From Meyerozyma guilliermondii (lineage: Eukaryota), in the NCBI GenBank assembly GCA_051546255.1, contig CP128819.1:992001-1056000 (forward strand): a DNA stretch of 64,000 nucleotides, in the 5' to 3' direction. A program made the position numbers and the translations under genes. Under the pieces are notes generated by a model. The model saw nothing but the letters and a program-made list of their open reading frames with translations. It made no database searches and was not told the origin of the DNA. Of the stretch, positions 33,487 through 45,173 are shown in pieces (position 1 is the first letter of the stretch; each line of letters starts with the position of its first letter).

Positions 33487-35259
33487 ATGACAAAGCACAC
33501 TAAGACCGCCATCTTGTCTGTGTACGACAAGACAGGCTTGTTGGACCTCGCCAAGGGCTTGGCTGCCCAAAACGTCCGGATCTTGGCTTCCGGTGGTACT
33601 GCTAGAATGGTTCGTGATGCTGGATTTCCGGTCGAAGATGTTTCTACAATTACTAGAGCCCCGGAAATGCTTGGTGGTAGAGTCAAGACACTCCACCCTG
33701 CTGTGCACGGAGGTATTTTGGCGCGTAACTTGGAAAGTGACGAGAAAGATTTGCATGATCAAGGCATTGAAAAGGTGGACTTTGTGGTGTGCAATTTGTA
33801 CCCATTTAAAGAGACAGTTTCAAAGGTTGCGGTGACTATAAACGAAGCCGTGGAGGAGATTGATATTGGAGGCGTGACCCTCTTGAGAGCAGCTGCCAAA
33901 AACCACGCCAGAGTCACCATCTTGTCGGATCCAAACGACTATGCTGGATTTTTGCAAGAATTGAAAACCGGAGAAATTTCCGCTCCAACTCGTAATCGTT
34001 ACGCGTTGAAGGCATTCGAGCACACCGCCGACTACGACGTGGCCATCTCGGACTTTTTCCGCAAACAATACGCCGAAAACATCTCGCAATTGCCTTTGAG
34101 ATACGGCGCCAACCCCCACCAGAAACCAGCCCAGGCTTACGTTTCTCAGGGCGAACTTCCTTTCAAGGTGTTGTGTGGGTCTCCCGGCTACATCAACCTT
34201 CTCGATGCTTTGAACTCGTGGCCTTTGGTTAAGGAATTGAGTGCGTCGCTCAACCTTCCAGCCGCTGCTTCGTTCAAGCACGTTTCTCCCGCCGGTGCCG
34301 CCGTGGGAATTCCTCTTTCCGACATTGAAAAGAAGATTTACTTTGTAGAAGACATTGAGAATCTCTCGCCGTTGGCCAATGCCTACGCCCGTGCTCGTGG
34401 AGCCGACAGAATGTCGTCGTTCGGCGACTGGATTGCCCTTTCCAACATTGTCGATCTTCCCACCGCCCAGATCATCTCCAAGGAGGTTTCCGATGGTGTC
34501 ATTGCCCCAGGATACTCGCAGGAAGCACTCGATATCTTGAAGAAGAAAAAGGGTGGAAAATACTGCATTTTGCAAATCGACCCCAACTACACTCCCGACA
34601 CTTTGGAGTCTCGTCAAGTGTACGGAATCACCCTCCAGCAGAAGAGAAACGACGCCATCATCAAGGGCTCATCTTTCAAGGAAATCGTGTCGAAAAACAA
34701 GGCCCTTACCGAGCAAGGTGTCATTGACTTAACGGTGGCTACCATTGCTCTCAAATACACCCAATCCAATTCTGTGTGCTACGCCAAAAACGGTATGGTG
34801 ATTGGCTTGGGAGCTGGCCAGCAATCCCGTATCCACTGTACTCGGTTGGCAGGAGACAAAGCCGATGCCTGGTGGTTGAGACAGCACCCTCGGGTTCTCG
34901 CATTCGAATGGGCTAAGGGTACCAAGCGTCCCGACAAGGCCAATGCCATCGACTTGTTCGTCACCAACCAGGTTCCTACCGAGGAGCCCGAGAAGTCGGA
35001 ATACGAGTCCAAATTTGTCAAGGTTCCCGAACCATTGACGGCGGAAGAGAGAAAAGAATGGTTGAACAAAGCCTCGGAAGTCGCATTATCTTCCGATGCA
35101 TTTTTCCCATTCCCAGACAATGTGCATCGTGCTTCCCGTTCGGGAGTAACGTATGTGGCTGCTCCTTCGGGATCGGTGATGGACAAGGCCGTTTTTGCAG
35201 CTGCCGACGAATATAACATGGTGTATGTGGAGAACCAGATCCGGTTGTTCCATCACTAG
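33487..35259 (+). CDS. ADE17: Bifunctional AICAR transformylase / IMP cyclohydrolase
   Basis: [27 protein letters not shown], ends RLFHH; TGACTC (Gcn4/Bas1-type) at 33419-33424. Confidence 0.97.
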   Translation: MTKHTKTAILSVYDKTGLLDLAKGLAAQNVRILASGGTARMVRDAGFPVEDVSTITRAPEMLGGRVKTLHPAVHGGILARNLESDEKDLHDQGIEKVDFVVCNLYPFKETVSKVAVTINEAVEEIDIGGVTLLRAAAKNHARVTILSDPNDYAGFLQELKTGEISAPTRNRYALKAFEHTADYDVAISDFFRKQYAENISQLPLRYGANPHQKPAQAYVSQGELPFKVLCGSPGYINLLDALNSWPLVKELSASLNLPAAASFKHVSPAGAAVGIPLSDIEKKIYFVEDIENLSPLANAYARARGADRMSSFGDWIALSNIVDLPTAQIISKEVSDGVIAPGYSQEALDILKKKKGGKYCILQIDPNYTPDTLESRQVYGITLQQKRNDAIIKGSSFKEIVSKNKALTEQGVIDLTVATIALKYTQSNSVCYAKNGMVIGLGAGQQSRIHCTRLAGDKADAWWLRQHPRVLAFEWAKGTKRPDKANAIDLFVTNQVPTEEPEKSEYESKFVKVPEPLTAEERKEWLNKASEVALSSDAFFPFPDNVHRASRSGVTYVAAPSGSVMDKAVFAAADEYNMVYVENQIRLFHH

Positions 35260-35432
35260 AGGAAGAGAGAGGGAGGCTCAGGAAAGAATTAGGAAGTTGT
35301 AGGAAGAAGTAGGAGAGGCAGTAGAATAAAATACTCAGTTTAATTTCTTACTCTATTCACCACATTTGTTCTGCCAGTTCGCATTTTTCGCACTAAATCT
35401 CATTTTCACCGAAAATCTTAACACGTCGAACC

Positions 35433-37394
35433 ATGGCTTCCGAGTACACCTATGACGAAGACGGCGAAACGTGGCCTTTTTTCGTGATGGCCGTGCTCTC
35501 CTTCGCCCTAGTGCCTCTCACAGCAAAATGGGCTTGGCGAATCGTTTCCTCAGACCGAAAAAAGGTCAATGTGCCTGGTGCCATCGACCACACTTCCACG
35601 TCTCTTGGGTTAGAAAACGCTGGCAGCATTGGTGATTTCAAGAGAAAACGTACTTCGGACCGAATCTTCAACAAAACTTTGCTTGTGGTGGTTTTGGGCT
35701 GGGCAATCGTTGGATATATTGGATGGAACCATACCAAGGAAGCCAACCTTCAAGGAACATTTGACCCGTATGCTATTTTGGACGTGGCGATGAATGCTTC
35801 CGAGAGAGAAATCAAGAGCAAGTACAGAAAGCTCTCGTTGAAGTTCCACCCGGATAAACTTCCTCAGGATATTACTGATGCCGTCAAACAAGAGATGGAA
35901 GCGGCGTTCATCAAGATTAATTTGGCCTATAAATCGTTGACAGACGAAGTCACCAGAAACAACTTTTTGCGCTACGGACACCCCGATGGACCTCAGGACG
36001 TCAAACATGGAATTGCACTTCCCAAATTCTTGGTGGAAGGAAAGTACTCGCCGCTCATGGTGGTGATTTACTTTGCTTTGGTGGGTCTTTTGCTTCCTGT
36101 GGTTGTGGGTCGCTGGTGGTCCAATGTCAAGGCCCACACACGTCGAGGACTTCATGTAGACACGGCTGGGATTTTTACTCGTAAATTGACCGATAGAAAC
36201 CCGGCAAAAGCGGCCACTCCAAATATGCTTCTTGAGTGGTTGGTGCAAGCCCACGAATTGAAGGAGGTTACGGGGGATATGGAGCCTGCTCAAATCAGAA
36301 AATTGATCGATGCTCACTTCCAGAGACAATCTGGACCTTCAGATTTGCAAAAACTTCAAATCGTTGCCAAACTTCCCAACCTTATAAATGGCTTGATAGA
36401 TATTGCCAACGTGTTTCGTCAGTTTGACGTGGTTGCTACGGCAGTTGACCTCCACAAAGCTGTCGTTCTGGCCGTTAACCCTTGTGGAAAGTACCAGGAA
36501 CTTCTCCAGCTTCCTTATGTTGACGAAAATCAAGTCGAGGCCCAGCCGGTCAAAAGACTTGGAAAACTCTTTGCTATAAAAGAAGACGAAGCCGGGAAAG
36601 CATTGGGAATTACCGATGCGCAAAAGCTCAAGACTACGCTCAGCATTGCTGCACATATTCCTTCGCTTCGGATCCTCGATGCTTCCTTCAAAGTTCCCGG
36701 AGAAGACAAAGTTACTCCTGCTTCCAAAGCTCATTTGGTAGTCAAATTTCTCGTAAAGTCTCCACGGTTGAAATCATGTCCTCGTATTGACGACGAAAGG
36801 CTCAAAGAAGTCGAGACGATGGAAATGTTAAGAAACCCTCTCAAAACCAATGATGAGGAAACTTCATTGCCGCACGCATATGCTCCATACTTCCCAGAGC
36901 CTGTTGCTAACAATTGGTATGCATTCATTCTCAATCAAAACGACAACCGTATAGTGGAAGGCAGTGAAGTATGCAAGCTTGAAAACATCGATTTGCTGAA
37001 TTTGAATCTCGCACAAGAACTGTGGATTTCTGGCAAAGAAGGCGAGGTTAAAATCAGCACATTCAAGATTCCACTTTCGCAGCCTACAGCCTCTGTACCC
37101 GGAGTTTCTCACTATAGATTGGTCATGAAGAACAACGTCTACTTTGGATCGGATGTTGATATTCCTCTTACTTTGGAGGTCAAGCCAGTACCACCCAAGA
37201 TTCCTCTGAATAAAGAAGCCGTCAGAGATGATTCCGATGACGAAAGCGATATTTCTGACCCAGAGGAAGACTCACTTGCGGGAGCTCTCGCTGCCTTACG
37301 TGGAGGACCGGTCAAGAAAACTGAACCGGAGGAAGAAGATAGCGACGAAGAAGTGTTTACGGATATCAATACCGACACAGAAGACGAGAGTTGA
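35433..37394 (+). CDS. SEC63: Sec63 J-domain translocon subunit
   Basis: YTYDEDGETWPFF, J-domain KFHPDK, acidic tail DINTDTEDES. Confidence 0.96.
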   Translation: MASEYTYDEDGETWPFFVMAVLSFALVPLTAKWAWRIVSSDRKKVNVPGAIDHTSTSLGLENAGSIGDFKRKRTSDRIFNKTLLVVVLGWAIVGYIGWNHTKEANLQGTFDPYAILDVAMNASEREIKSKYRKLSLKFHPDKLPQDITDAVKQEMEAAFIKINLAYKSLTDEVTRNNFLRYGHPDGPQDVKHGIALPKFLVEGKYSPLMVVIYFALVGLLLPVVVGRWWSNVKAHTRRGLHVDTAGIFTRKLTDRNPAKAATPNMLLEWLVQAHELKEVTGDMEPAQIRKLIDAHFQRQSGPSDLQKLQIVAKLPNLINGLIDIANVFRQFDVVATAVDLHKAVVLAVNPCGKYQELLQLPYVDENQVEAQPVKRLGKLFAIKEDEAGKALGITDAQKLKTTLSIAAHIPSLRILDASFKVPGEDKVTPASKAHLVVKFLVKSPRLKSCPRIDDERLKEVETMEMLRNPLKTNDEETSLPHAYAPYFPEPVANNWYAFILNQNDNRIVEGSEVCKLENIDLLNLNLAQELWISGKEGEVKISTFKIPLSQPTASVPGVSHYRLVMKNNVYFGSDVDIPLTLEVKPVPPKIPLNKEAVRDDSDDESDISDPEEDSLAGALAALRGGPVKKTEPEEEDSDEEVFTDINTDTEDES

Positions 37395-37819
37395 GCGAGC
37401 TGGAGCTAGGAGGTAAGTTATATATAGCTAAAGATAGCTAATGAAGTAGATACTGAGAATACGGTGAAGAGGAAGAATATAGATTGAAGAGTCTGGGATT
37501 ACTTGTAGAGAGTATACTGGAATAGTAGATTTGTAGAAAATAAAGATTCTGTAATTTTGAGAAATTGCACATATCAAACTATGAAGAGTTGGTCTATGGT
37601 CAAATGAAAATTTATAGCTGAATGTCTAAAAAAATGAATTCTTAGAATAGTACTAGTTTATAGTGAAAAACGGCTTTATCATTTTATAGCGGAGACTTGT
37701 ATATTGAACTTACAGTAGAAAAACCTCCATACCAGAAAGACATGCTTATCTTCAGAAAAAGTTTATTCAGAAAAGTATGAGGTTATCTTCAGTATTCTGA
37801 AACTAATCTTTCTTCCATA

Positions 37820-38341
37820 TTATATTTTCATCCGCAATATAACCGCATCGGGGCTATCAAGGCCCTGATCCTGATAATATTTTGGCACATTTTCCGACAA
37901 TTCAAACCCTCGTTTTTTGTACCAGTCCACAGCATGAGTGTTACTAGCTTGAACATGCAAGAAAACTTCATGAATGAATCTTTTTTTGGTTTCTTCAATG
38001 ACATATTCAAGTAATTGTGATCCGATTCCCAAACCTTGATACGCCGGTAAAACAGCTAGCGATTCCACGTACATGGCATTGGGAACGGAATTGACCGCTA
38101 AATGATGCTGTTGGGTTTGAGTATGAGAATTGGACGAATGCGATGTATTAAACGGTTTTGCTTTAACACCTCCAACTGGTATTTCAGCGTAAAAACCCAA
38201 CTGCTCAACCACACCTTTTTCCAAGCAGTCTTTGTACCACTGATCTGGAAACGTTACTGGAAAACATACCTCGTTTATCTTTTGAAAAACTCCAATATTA
38301 TTTGGAGTGATATCATCCAACGAAACGATGCTGCGGCCCAT
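37820..38341 (-). CDS. NAT5: N-terminal acetyltransferase Naa50 (GNAT)
   Basis: LDDITPNNIG, FPV, YQGLGIG, LHVQ, KYY; adjacent to SEC63 as in S. cerevisiae. Confidence 0.88.
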   Translation of the reverse strand: MGRSIVSLDDITPNNIGVFQKINEVCFPVTFPDQWYKDCLEKGVVEQLGFYAEIPVGGVKAKPFNTSHSSNSHTQTQQHHLAVNSVPNAMYVESLAVLPAYQGLGIGSQLLEYVIEETKKRFIHEVFLHVQASNTHAVDWYKKRGFELSENVPKYYQDQGLDSPDAVILRMKI

Positions 38342-38629
38342 GCTGTCAAAATGCAGTGGAAGCCAGTTGCAGCCCTCGAGAAGTCGGAGGTGATGCTGGC
38401 TTATGTAAGCGCTACGGTCACCGACTCGACCGAATGAACTTCAAAGATGCAATTGAGTCAATTGAGTACTGAGTTCGGTTCTATATTCAGTTCTAAACCT
38501 TCTGGTATCACCAATTGAGAAATCTGGCGGCATTTTCCCGATTCGTACAACTTTACCAATCACACGCCATTTGTAACCGGTGACCGCGAAGCCTGTGATT
38601 GAGTCGGAATTCAACTACCATCGTCGAAA

Positions 38630-39067
38630 ATGATTACCACGATTCTCATTGTAGGATTGATCCTTCTTATTCTCAGAACAGTTATCAATGATTTCCGCAG
38701 TTCCAATCCTTTGGAAGAGCAAGAAAAAGACGAAACCGTGCTTGCGGGAAAGTTTACCCCACAAACTCTCGCCAAGTACAACGGTTCTGACAACCCTCGG
38801 ATCTTCATCGCAGTGAAGGGCCGGGTGTTTGACGTGACGCAGGGAAAGACATTTTACGGGCCCGGAGGACCTTATGCCAATTTTGCGGGGAGAGATGCTA
38901 GCAGGGGTTTGGCGCTCAATTCGTTTGAGGAATCGTGCTTGACACCACTTGACGAGCCCATTGACGATTTAAAGGGATTGACAAAGGAGGAATTGGAGTC
39001 TTTGGAAAACTGGGAGGACCACTTTGAGAACAAGTACAAGGTGGTGGGGACCCTCGGAAATGAGTAA
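38630..39067 (+). CDS. DAP1: MAPR heme-binding protein Dap1
   Basis: N-terminal TM; VFDVTQGKTFYGPGGPYANFAGRDASRGLA. Confidence 0.93.
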   Translation: MITTILIVGLILLILRTVINDFRSSNPLEEQEKDETVLAGKFTPQTLAKYNGSDNPRIFIAVKGRVFDVTQGKTFYGPGGPYANFAGRDASRGLALNSFEESCLTPLDEPIDDLKGLTKEELESLENWEDHFENKYKVVGTLGNE

Positions 39068-39290
39068 GTGAAGAAGTAAGTAAGAAAAAAAAGTAAGGAA
39101 AAAAAGTAAAGTGTGAATGGTAAGAATTAAAGTATAAATGAAACGTAAGGTTTAGAAACGGTATGAACAGCTCTTCTAGATTCTGACAGACAAGACCTTT
39201 TCGTCTCTCTTCCTCGCTTCGCTCGGGCTCGTCTGGCTCGCACCCAGACACCACCAACTCAAACTCAACTCATCTCTCTCACCAACAACC

Positions 39291-41024
39291 ATGAGCTATC
39301 GTGGCCGCGGAAGAGGAGGTTTTCGGAACACTTCGGGCCCCAGACAGGGCGACATAGACCAGTTTGCTGCGGCAAACTCATTTCCGGTTCTGATAACCGG
39401 ATGGACCGGCGCTACGGTTGAAGAATGTGTAAAATTCATCTCGAGAAAATGCCGAATTTCGGTTCTAAATGCCACTTCCGACGCCGCTGGGGTAATGCAC
39501 GGGTACGTCAAGTCTCAGAAGGACGCCGACGACTTGGCCAATTGGTCTGGGGTCAAATTTGCAGGCCAACTGCTCCGGATTTCCAAGGACTTTTCCGGAC
39601 AAGGTGGAACAAATACTGCCATTGAAGCCATTACCCAGTTTCTCCAGTCACGCTACAACCCCGGAATGAAGATGTTGAACTTGGCACTGGTGCTGCAGGA
39701 CCCCAATTTGGTGGCGAAGGGGTTTTTTGGGTCGGTGAATACCGGGTCGAAATTCTTTCCTGCTCTCATGAAAGTGGCTCTGGATCTCAAATTGGACGTT
39801 GAAACAATTGATCTTTCGGGAAACGACTTGAGCGACTTGTCGGCGATCTCGGCTATGGCTCCAACCTTTCCCAAACTTCGCAACTTGAGCTTGCAAAATA
39901 ACAACTTCAAGTCGCTCAAGGTGTTTGATCCATGGAAACACAAATTGTCGTTTCTTCGCGAGATCATCTTGACGCAAAACCCCATGATAGACAACCACAC
40001 CAACCCTGCGGACCGAGCCTCCATCAATGGCGAACTTATGCGACTTTTTCCTAGGCTCATAGTGCTCAATGGTGAGATAATAAGAAACGAACAGACACTC
40101 ATGGCCAACCTCACGTTCCCATTCGAGGCACCCGAACCTATGTTTTTCCTGGACGAAGAAATCAGAAACATGTCCACCAATTTTATTACCAATTTTTACA
40201 ATCTTTGGGATACAAACCGGAATGAGCTTTTGGTGTTGTACCAAAATGAATCGCAATTTTCCATGCAAGTTGACCTGGCTCATCCTCACATTACCGAGGG
40301 TGGTCAGGGTACTGACTTTGGATACTACCTCCCCAACTCGAGAAATTTAGCCAGGGTTTCATCGACCAAAATTCGCCAAAGCAGAGTTGCTATTGGTCCC
40401 GCCAATATCTCGAAATTTTTTGCCCAGCTTCCACGGTCTCGTCACGAACTCATACAAAAGCCCCATCTCTACAGCATGGAGAGTTTCCGGTTTCCTCAGC
40501 TCAACGGAATCATGATGACATTGCACGGAACATTCGAGGAAACCGCCGCACCAGACAACACCGAACAGGCCAATTCTTCAGCTTCGAAAAACAGGTTCCA
40601 CTACCAAAAGAACAAAAAAACCCCATTATCGCCTAAGAGCTTTGACAGAACATTTATTGTGATTCCTGGTCCCAATGGGTCTATGATTGTGGCCAGTGAC
40701 TTGCTTCTCATTCGTCCTCCAGGAGGAAATGAAGCCTGGTCTGCTACACCGTCCACACCCGCTTCAGCAACCCCCACACCCACACCAACTCCCACAGCAA
40801 CCCCCACGCCAAGTGGTCCCACTACCGCTGATTTACCAGCAGAAATCAAGGCCAATCTCAATCCTGGACAACAGGAATTACTTGTCAAGGTTCTATTGGA
40901 AACCAAACTTAACCTTCAGTATGGTATTTTGTTGTGTGAACAAAGCAGCTGGGACTACCAGCAGGCCACGGTGAACTTTAAGAACTCTGTGGGGTCGTTA
41001 CCACGAGAGGCATTCCAGGTGTAA
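39291..41024 (+). CDS. MEX67: mRNA export factor Mex67
   Basis: RGG N-terminus, RRM, LRR, NTF2-like (SFDRTF) and C-terminal TAP-C/UBA domains. Confidence 0.93.
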   Translation: MSYRGRGRGGFRNTSGPRQGDIDQFAAANSFPVLITGWTGATVEECVKFISRKCRISVLNATSDAAGVMHGYVKSQKDADDLANWSGVKFAGQLLRISKDFSGQGGTNTAIEAITQFLQSRYNPGMKMLNLALVLQDPNLVAKGFFGSVNTGSKFFPALMKVALDLKLDVETIDLSGNDLSDLSAISAMAPTFPKLRNLSLQNNNFKSLKVFDPWKHKLSFLREIILTQNPMIDNHTNPADRASINGELMRLFPRLIVLNGEIIRNEQTLMANLTFPFEAPEPMFFLDEEIRNMSTNFITNFYNLWDTNRNELLVLYQNESQFSMQVDLAHPHITEGGQGTDFGYYLPNSRNLARVSSTKIRQSRVAIGPANISKFFAQLPRSRHELIQKPHLYSMESFRFPQLNGIMMTLHGTFEETAAPDNTEQANSSASKNRFHYQKNKKTPLSPKSFDRTFIVIPGPNGSMIVASDLLLIRPPGGNEAWSATPSTPASATPTPTPTPTATPTPSGPTTADLPAEIKANLNPGQQELLVKVLLETKLNLQYGILLCEQSSWDYQQATVNFKNSVGSLPREAFQV

Positions 41025-41255
41025 AAAGGCGAGTGTAGAAACTCAAAAAGTAATCATCATAAGTAAGACTATAGGACAAACAAAGACAAATAAAGATAAA
41101 CCAATAAAAACAATCACAAACAGATTATAAGCCCATATACCCCAGCAAATATGCATTACACATCCTTATCCACTTGGTCTCTCCACCTCCATTTTGCAAC
41201 TCGCGTCCTGTACACAGCACCCATCTCTCATCTTCGACCAACCACTGTCTTCAAC

Positions 41256-42560
41256 ATGGGCTACAATATAGCCATGGTTTCGGACTTTTTCTACCCCCAG
41301 CCGGGCGGGGTGGAGTTCCACGTGTACCATCTATCGCAAAAGTTGATTGATATGGGCCATTCGGTGATAATTATATCTCATCACTATGGAGATCGAAGAG
41401 GAATCAGAACTCTAACAAATGGCCTAAAAGTATACTATGTCCCATTTTTGATAGTATATCGAAGCAGCGCCTTTCCTACAGTGTTCCTGGCGTTCCCTAT
41501 TCTCCGCAACATCTTCATTCGAGAAAAAATAGACATCATTCATGGCCATGGAAGCTACTCAACTTTGTGCCACGAAGCCATTCTTCACGGCAGAACCATG
41601 GGACTTCGAACCGTGTTCACCGACCACTCGCTCTTTGGATTTGCAGACTTTACGTCCATTGTGGGAAACAAATTGATGAAATTCACCATGAGTGATGTGG
41701 GCCATGTAATCTGTGTGTCCAACACTTGCAAAGAAAATACTGTTCTTCGAGCATCTTTGGACCCATTGAGTGTTTCTGTCATTCCCAATGCTGTCGTTTC
41801 TGAAGATTTCACTCCACTAGACCATCCAAGAGACAGCAACGAAATCACAATTGTCGTAATTTCTCGGTTATTTCCTAATAAAGGAGCCGATTTACTCACA
41901 GCTATCATTCCCACCATATGTGCCGCTCGTCCAAATGTACGATTTTTGATTGCGGGCGATGGTCCTCGATACCTCGATATAGAGCAGATGAGAGAAAAGT
42001 ACGTTCTTCAAGACCGGGTCACCTTGATAGGCGGAGTCAAGCATGAAGAAGTTCGCGATATCATGGTAAAGGGCCAAATCTACCTTCACCCGTCTTTAAC
42101 GGAAGCATTCGGCACGGTTATTGTGGAAGCTGCCTCGTGTGGTCTTTACGTAGTCACCACAAAGGTGGGTGGTATTCCTGAGGTGCTTCCCAGCCATATG
42201 ACTACATTTGCAGAACCAGAACAAGAGTCGCTAGTAGAGTCGACACTATCAGCTATCGATCTTGTGCAATCAAAAAAGATAGATACTTCGACTTTCCACG
42301 AAGAAGTGGCCAAAATGTACAGTTGGCAAAATATCGCCTTGAGAACAGAAAACGTCTACAACTCATTAAGCAAAGAAAACGAGCCATTTTTGACCCGGCT
42401 CGAAAAATACCATTGTTGTGGGGTTCTTGTGGGCAAACTCTTTGTGCTTTGCGTGGTTGTGGACATCTTCATATTGGCCATCTTGGACATCTTGTATCCA
42501 GCTGAACATATAGACATCGCTACCAAATGGCCCAAAAGACGGCAAAAGAAAAAGGCATAA
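41256..42560 (+). CDS. SPT14: GPI-GlcNAc transferase catalytic subunit (PIG-A)
   Basis: MGYNIAMVSDFFYPQPGGVE; EAFGTVIVEAASCGL. Confidence 0.96.
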   Translation: MGYNIAMVSDFFYPQPGGVEFHVYHLSQKLIDMGHSVIIISHHYGDRRGIRTLTNGLKVYYVPFLIVYRSSAFPTVFLAFPILRNIFIREKIDIIHGHGSYSTLCHEAILHGRTMGLRTVFTDHSLFGFADFTSIVGNKLMKFTMSDVGHVICVSNTCKENTVLRASLDPLSVSVIPNAVVSEDFTPLDHPRDSNEITIVVISRLFPNKGADLLTAIIPTICAARPNVRFLIAGDGPRYLDIEQMREKYVLQDRVTLIGGVKHEEVRDIMVKGQIYLHPSLTEAFGTVIVEAASCGLYVVTTKVGGIPEVLPSHMTTFAEPEQESLVESTLSAIDLVQSKKIDTSTFHEEVAKMYSWQNIALRTENVYNSLSKENEPFLTRLEKYHCCGVLVGKLFVLCVVVDIFILAILDILYPAEHIDIATKWPKRRQKKKA

Positions 42561-42647
42561 CTTCGCCCTACCAGATTCATCGAGCGAGCCAGAGAGAACA
42601 AACTTCAACAAGCTAACTGAACATAGTTCACCCAGTAACTTAGCCCT

Positions 42648-45041
42648 CTAATTAATGATTGATGACTTGAAAGCACTTTCTCTCATTGCTTCGTAGCGAC
42701 ATCTTTCCTCCTTTTGCACTGCAAGAATGTACTCTGCGTTCTCTTTTCGAGGCACCCATTCGTTTGAAAGCCTGATTCTTACCGGCTTGCAACTTATGGC
42801 TAACTTTTGAAGATAATGCCCACAGTCGCCTAGTGGATTTATGTGACCTTTCAACTTTGGGACGAGAGGACCAAAATCAACTTTGTTGGTTGTTGGTTTA
42901 TTTTCCAAAACCACCCGTCGTAAAAACTCAGCTTCACTTTTATATGCTAGGGCTCTCAAAGAGACTTTCTTCATACCAATTTCGGCATTTGGGTCTTTGT
43001 ACAAATCCGCAAGATAGGATTCGAACTGTTGAAAGTTTGCAAGTTCTTTTTCCAATTTAGATTTGGAAATTTCCAATTCACTGAGTTGCAGCTTAAGGTC
43101 GCTATGTTTTTGCTTGATCTCCACCAACTCGTCATAAACAGTTTTGTACGATTTTTGGTGGTTAATATTGGCAGTCTCAAGGGCTTTGTGGAGTATATCG
43201 ACATTGATCTCAAGATCGTGAATCTTGCGAAGACGATCAGCATCCACAAGTGGTGGTTTGGGATCGGTGGTTTTGTTGGACGAAAGGGCCTTATTCCTCT
43301 CTTGAAGCTTAAATTGAGGCTTTCGTTCTTGGCTTAAAAACTTGTTCAATTGGGACAACATTTCAGATAGTAAATCTACTTTAGAAGGTTCATTATTATG
43401 GATATTGTCCATCTTTTTATACCACGAAAAATCAAGAGTCTCAAACTCTGCATCGTCATCAACACTCCATTTTTTCAATTCTTCTCGAAACGCAACCAAT
43501 CGTTGAATATAGCTGTCAATATCACTGGACAGGAAATCACCAAAAGTTGACTTTAACAGTTCCAAATGTAACAAGCAGTATTCTATAGTGAACTGTGTGT
43601 GGAACTTGCCATGAGGAACCATTTCGAACACCTCCAAAATAAACAGGAGAGTAAACTCTGACCCATCAAGGTCATATTCTTGTATCTCTATGTTGGCAGA
43701 TACTTTGTCAAGCGTTCGAGAAAGAGACTGCAACATCTGATCATCACCCCTCATCAAGTTCCACTCCAATGATGTCACTATCAATCTCATACACCGCTTG
43801 AGGGACTCGTATCTGCAAACAACCTGGGTGTTTAAAGGTCTCATATGACGTAGACGACTGATAATCACTTGGGTTAAGTATGTGATCTCGTTGGCAGTAT
43901 AGATACAGTCAAAAAACAGAGACTGTGGGGGCTGAGCTAGACGAAAAGATTGAATATTAGGTCTTGAAATTGGAGTTTCTGCAATCAAAATGGTGTCAGC
44001 ATGGACATCTTTGGCAAATTCCTCAAGTTTTTCACGAAGGTGCTTATTAGAAACTTCTAGCTGTTGAAGCTGAGCTTTTATCCTGTCGTTTTCTCTGCTC
44101 ATTTCAGACAAAGTATTCTTCAAATCAGACTCAACTTCGGCATGTTTCTCCTCGAGCCCACGATCCAACTCTACTAGTTCATTAAGGTCCAAAACTGTGC
44201 TTTCTAGAGTTTGGATCTTGGCAGTCAATTCGTGGTTTTCTCCCGTAAGACGATCAACGATTTCATCAACATTTGAATTTGTATCCAACTGTGCTTGTAG
44301 AGAGTCGATTATTTCTTTCGAATCTGCTAGTTTCTGCTCAAGTCGAGAAAGAGACGCCAGCTTCAATTCTGACTGTTCAGTGGTTTCTGTAAGTGTCTGA
44401 ATTTGCTTCAGCATTGCCAGTAATTTTTCGCTGTTGTCTTCAAGTTTCTGTTCCAACGCCTTATTTTTCACCAATATCAGTTTTATTTCCTCTTCTGATA
44501 AATCGGACACGTCCACTTGGGCAGAAACTAGCTGCTCCAACTGCCGGTTGAGCTCCGACTCTTCCATGAGAGCTTCAAGTTCCAGTTTGAGCTCATTGTA
44601 CTTTACATGGAGGGAATCGAGTTCCTGCCTCAATTCTTCGTTTTCGGTCTCAAGAACCTCCTTGTCAACAGAAAGCATCTCTATCTTTGATTCAGCAGCA
44701 TCTACGCTTTTTTCTGAAGCTTCAAGTTGCTTCTTTATAGCTATTAGCTGGTGATCTACCGACCCCAATAATTTCAGGTTCTGATTAGAAAAGCCATCTG
44801 AAGACGGATTTCCAACTTGGTCCCCATTTTCGGAAGCATGTCGTACCTTTGACTCTCTCACGAAGATTCCATGGTTTGGAGGACACAGAAAATAAGAAAT
44901 TCCACCAACAGAACCGTCATTTTTTCCCACCGGTTGTGTCAATTCCACGCCTACCCAAACCCCAGGTGCAAACTGCGTGCGCCCATAGTACCGGATTGTG
45001 CCATTTCCCGCCTCCAAAGTCACATTTTGTCCTACAAACAT
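42648..45041 (-). CDS. NIP100: Dynactin p150Glued-like subunit
   Basis: CAP-Gly (GKNDGSV) plus long coiled coil; lies next to SPT14 and near MRPL40 as in S. cerevisiae. Confidence 0.85.
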   Translation of the reverse strand: MFVGQNVTLEAGNGTIRYYGRTQFAPGVWVGVELTQPVGKNDGSVGGISYFLCPPNHGIFVRESKVRHASENGDQVGNPSSDGFSNQNLKLLGSVDHQLIAIKKQLEASEKSVDAAESKIEMLSVDKEVLETENEELRQELDSLHVKYNELKLELEALMEESELNRQLEQLVSAQVDVSDLSEEEIKLILVKNKALEQKLEDNSEKLLAMLKQIQTLTETTEQSELKLASLSRLEQKLADSKEIIDSLQAQLDTNSNVDEIVDRLTGENHELTAKIQTLESTVLDLNELVELDRGLEEKHAEVESDLKNTLSEMSRENDRIKAQLQQLEVSNKHLREKLEEFAKDVHADTILIAETPISRPNIQSFRLAQPPQSLFFDCIYTANEITYLTQVIISRLRHMRPLNTQVVCRYESLKRCMRLIVTSLEWNLMRGDDQMLQSLSRTLDKVSANIEIQEYDLDGSEFTLLFILEVFEMVPHGKFHTQFTIEYCLLHLELLKSTFGDFLSSDIDSYIQRLVAFREELKKWSVDDDAEFETLDFSWYKKMDNIHNNEPSKVDLLSEMLSQLNKFLSQERKPQFKLQERNKALSSNKTTDPKPPLVDADRLRKIHDLEINVDILHKALETANINHQKSYKTVYDELVEIKQKHSDLKLQLSELEISKSKLEKELANFQQFESYLADLYKDPNAEIGMKKVSLRALAYKSEAEFLRRVVLENKPTTNKVDFGPLVPKLKGHINPLGDCGHYLQKLAISCKPVRIRLSNEWVPRKENAEYILAVQKEERCRYEAMRESAFKSSIIN

Positions 45042-45173
45042 GCAATTGGTTCAAATAAACGGAATGAGATTTAAGTTGATTTAGCGACTCAAATCGAAAT
45101 GGACTGCATGTAAACTGACAATCGCGTTTATCTCAAAACACATCTAGTAGTCGTTACAACCTGGTCTGGAACT

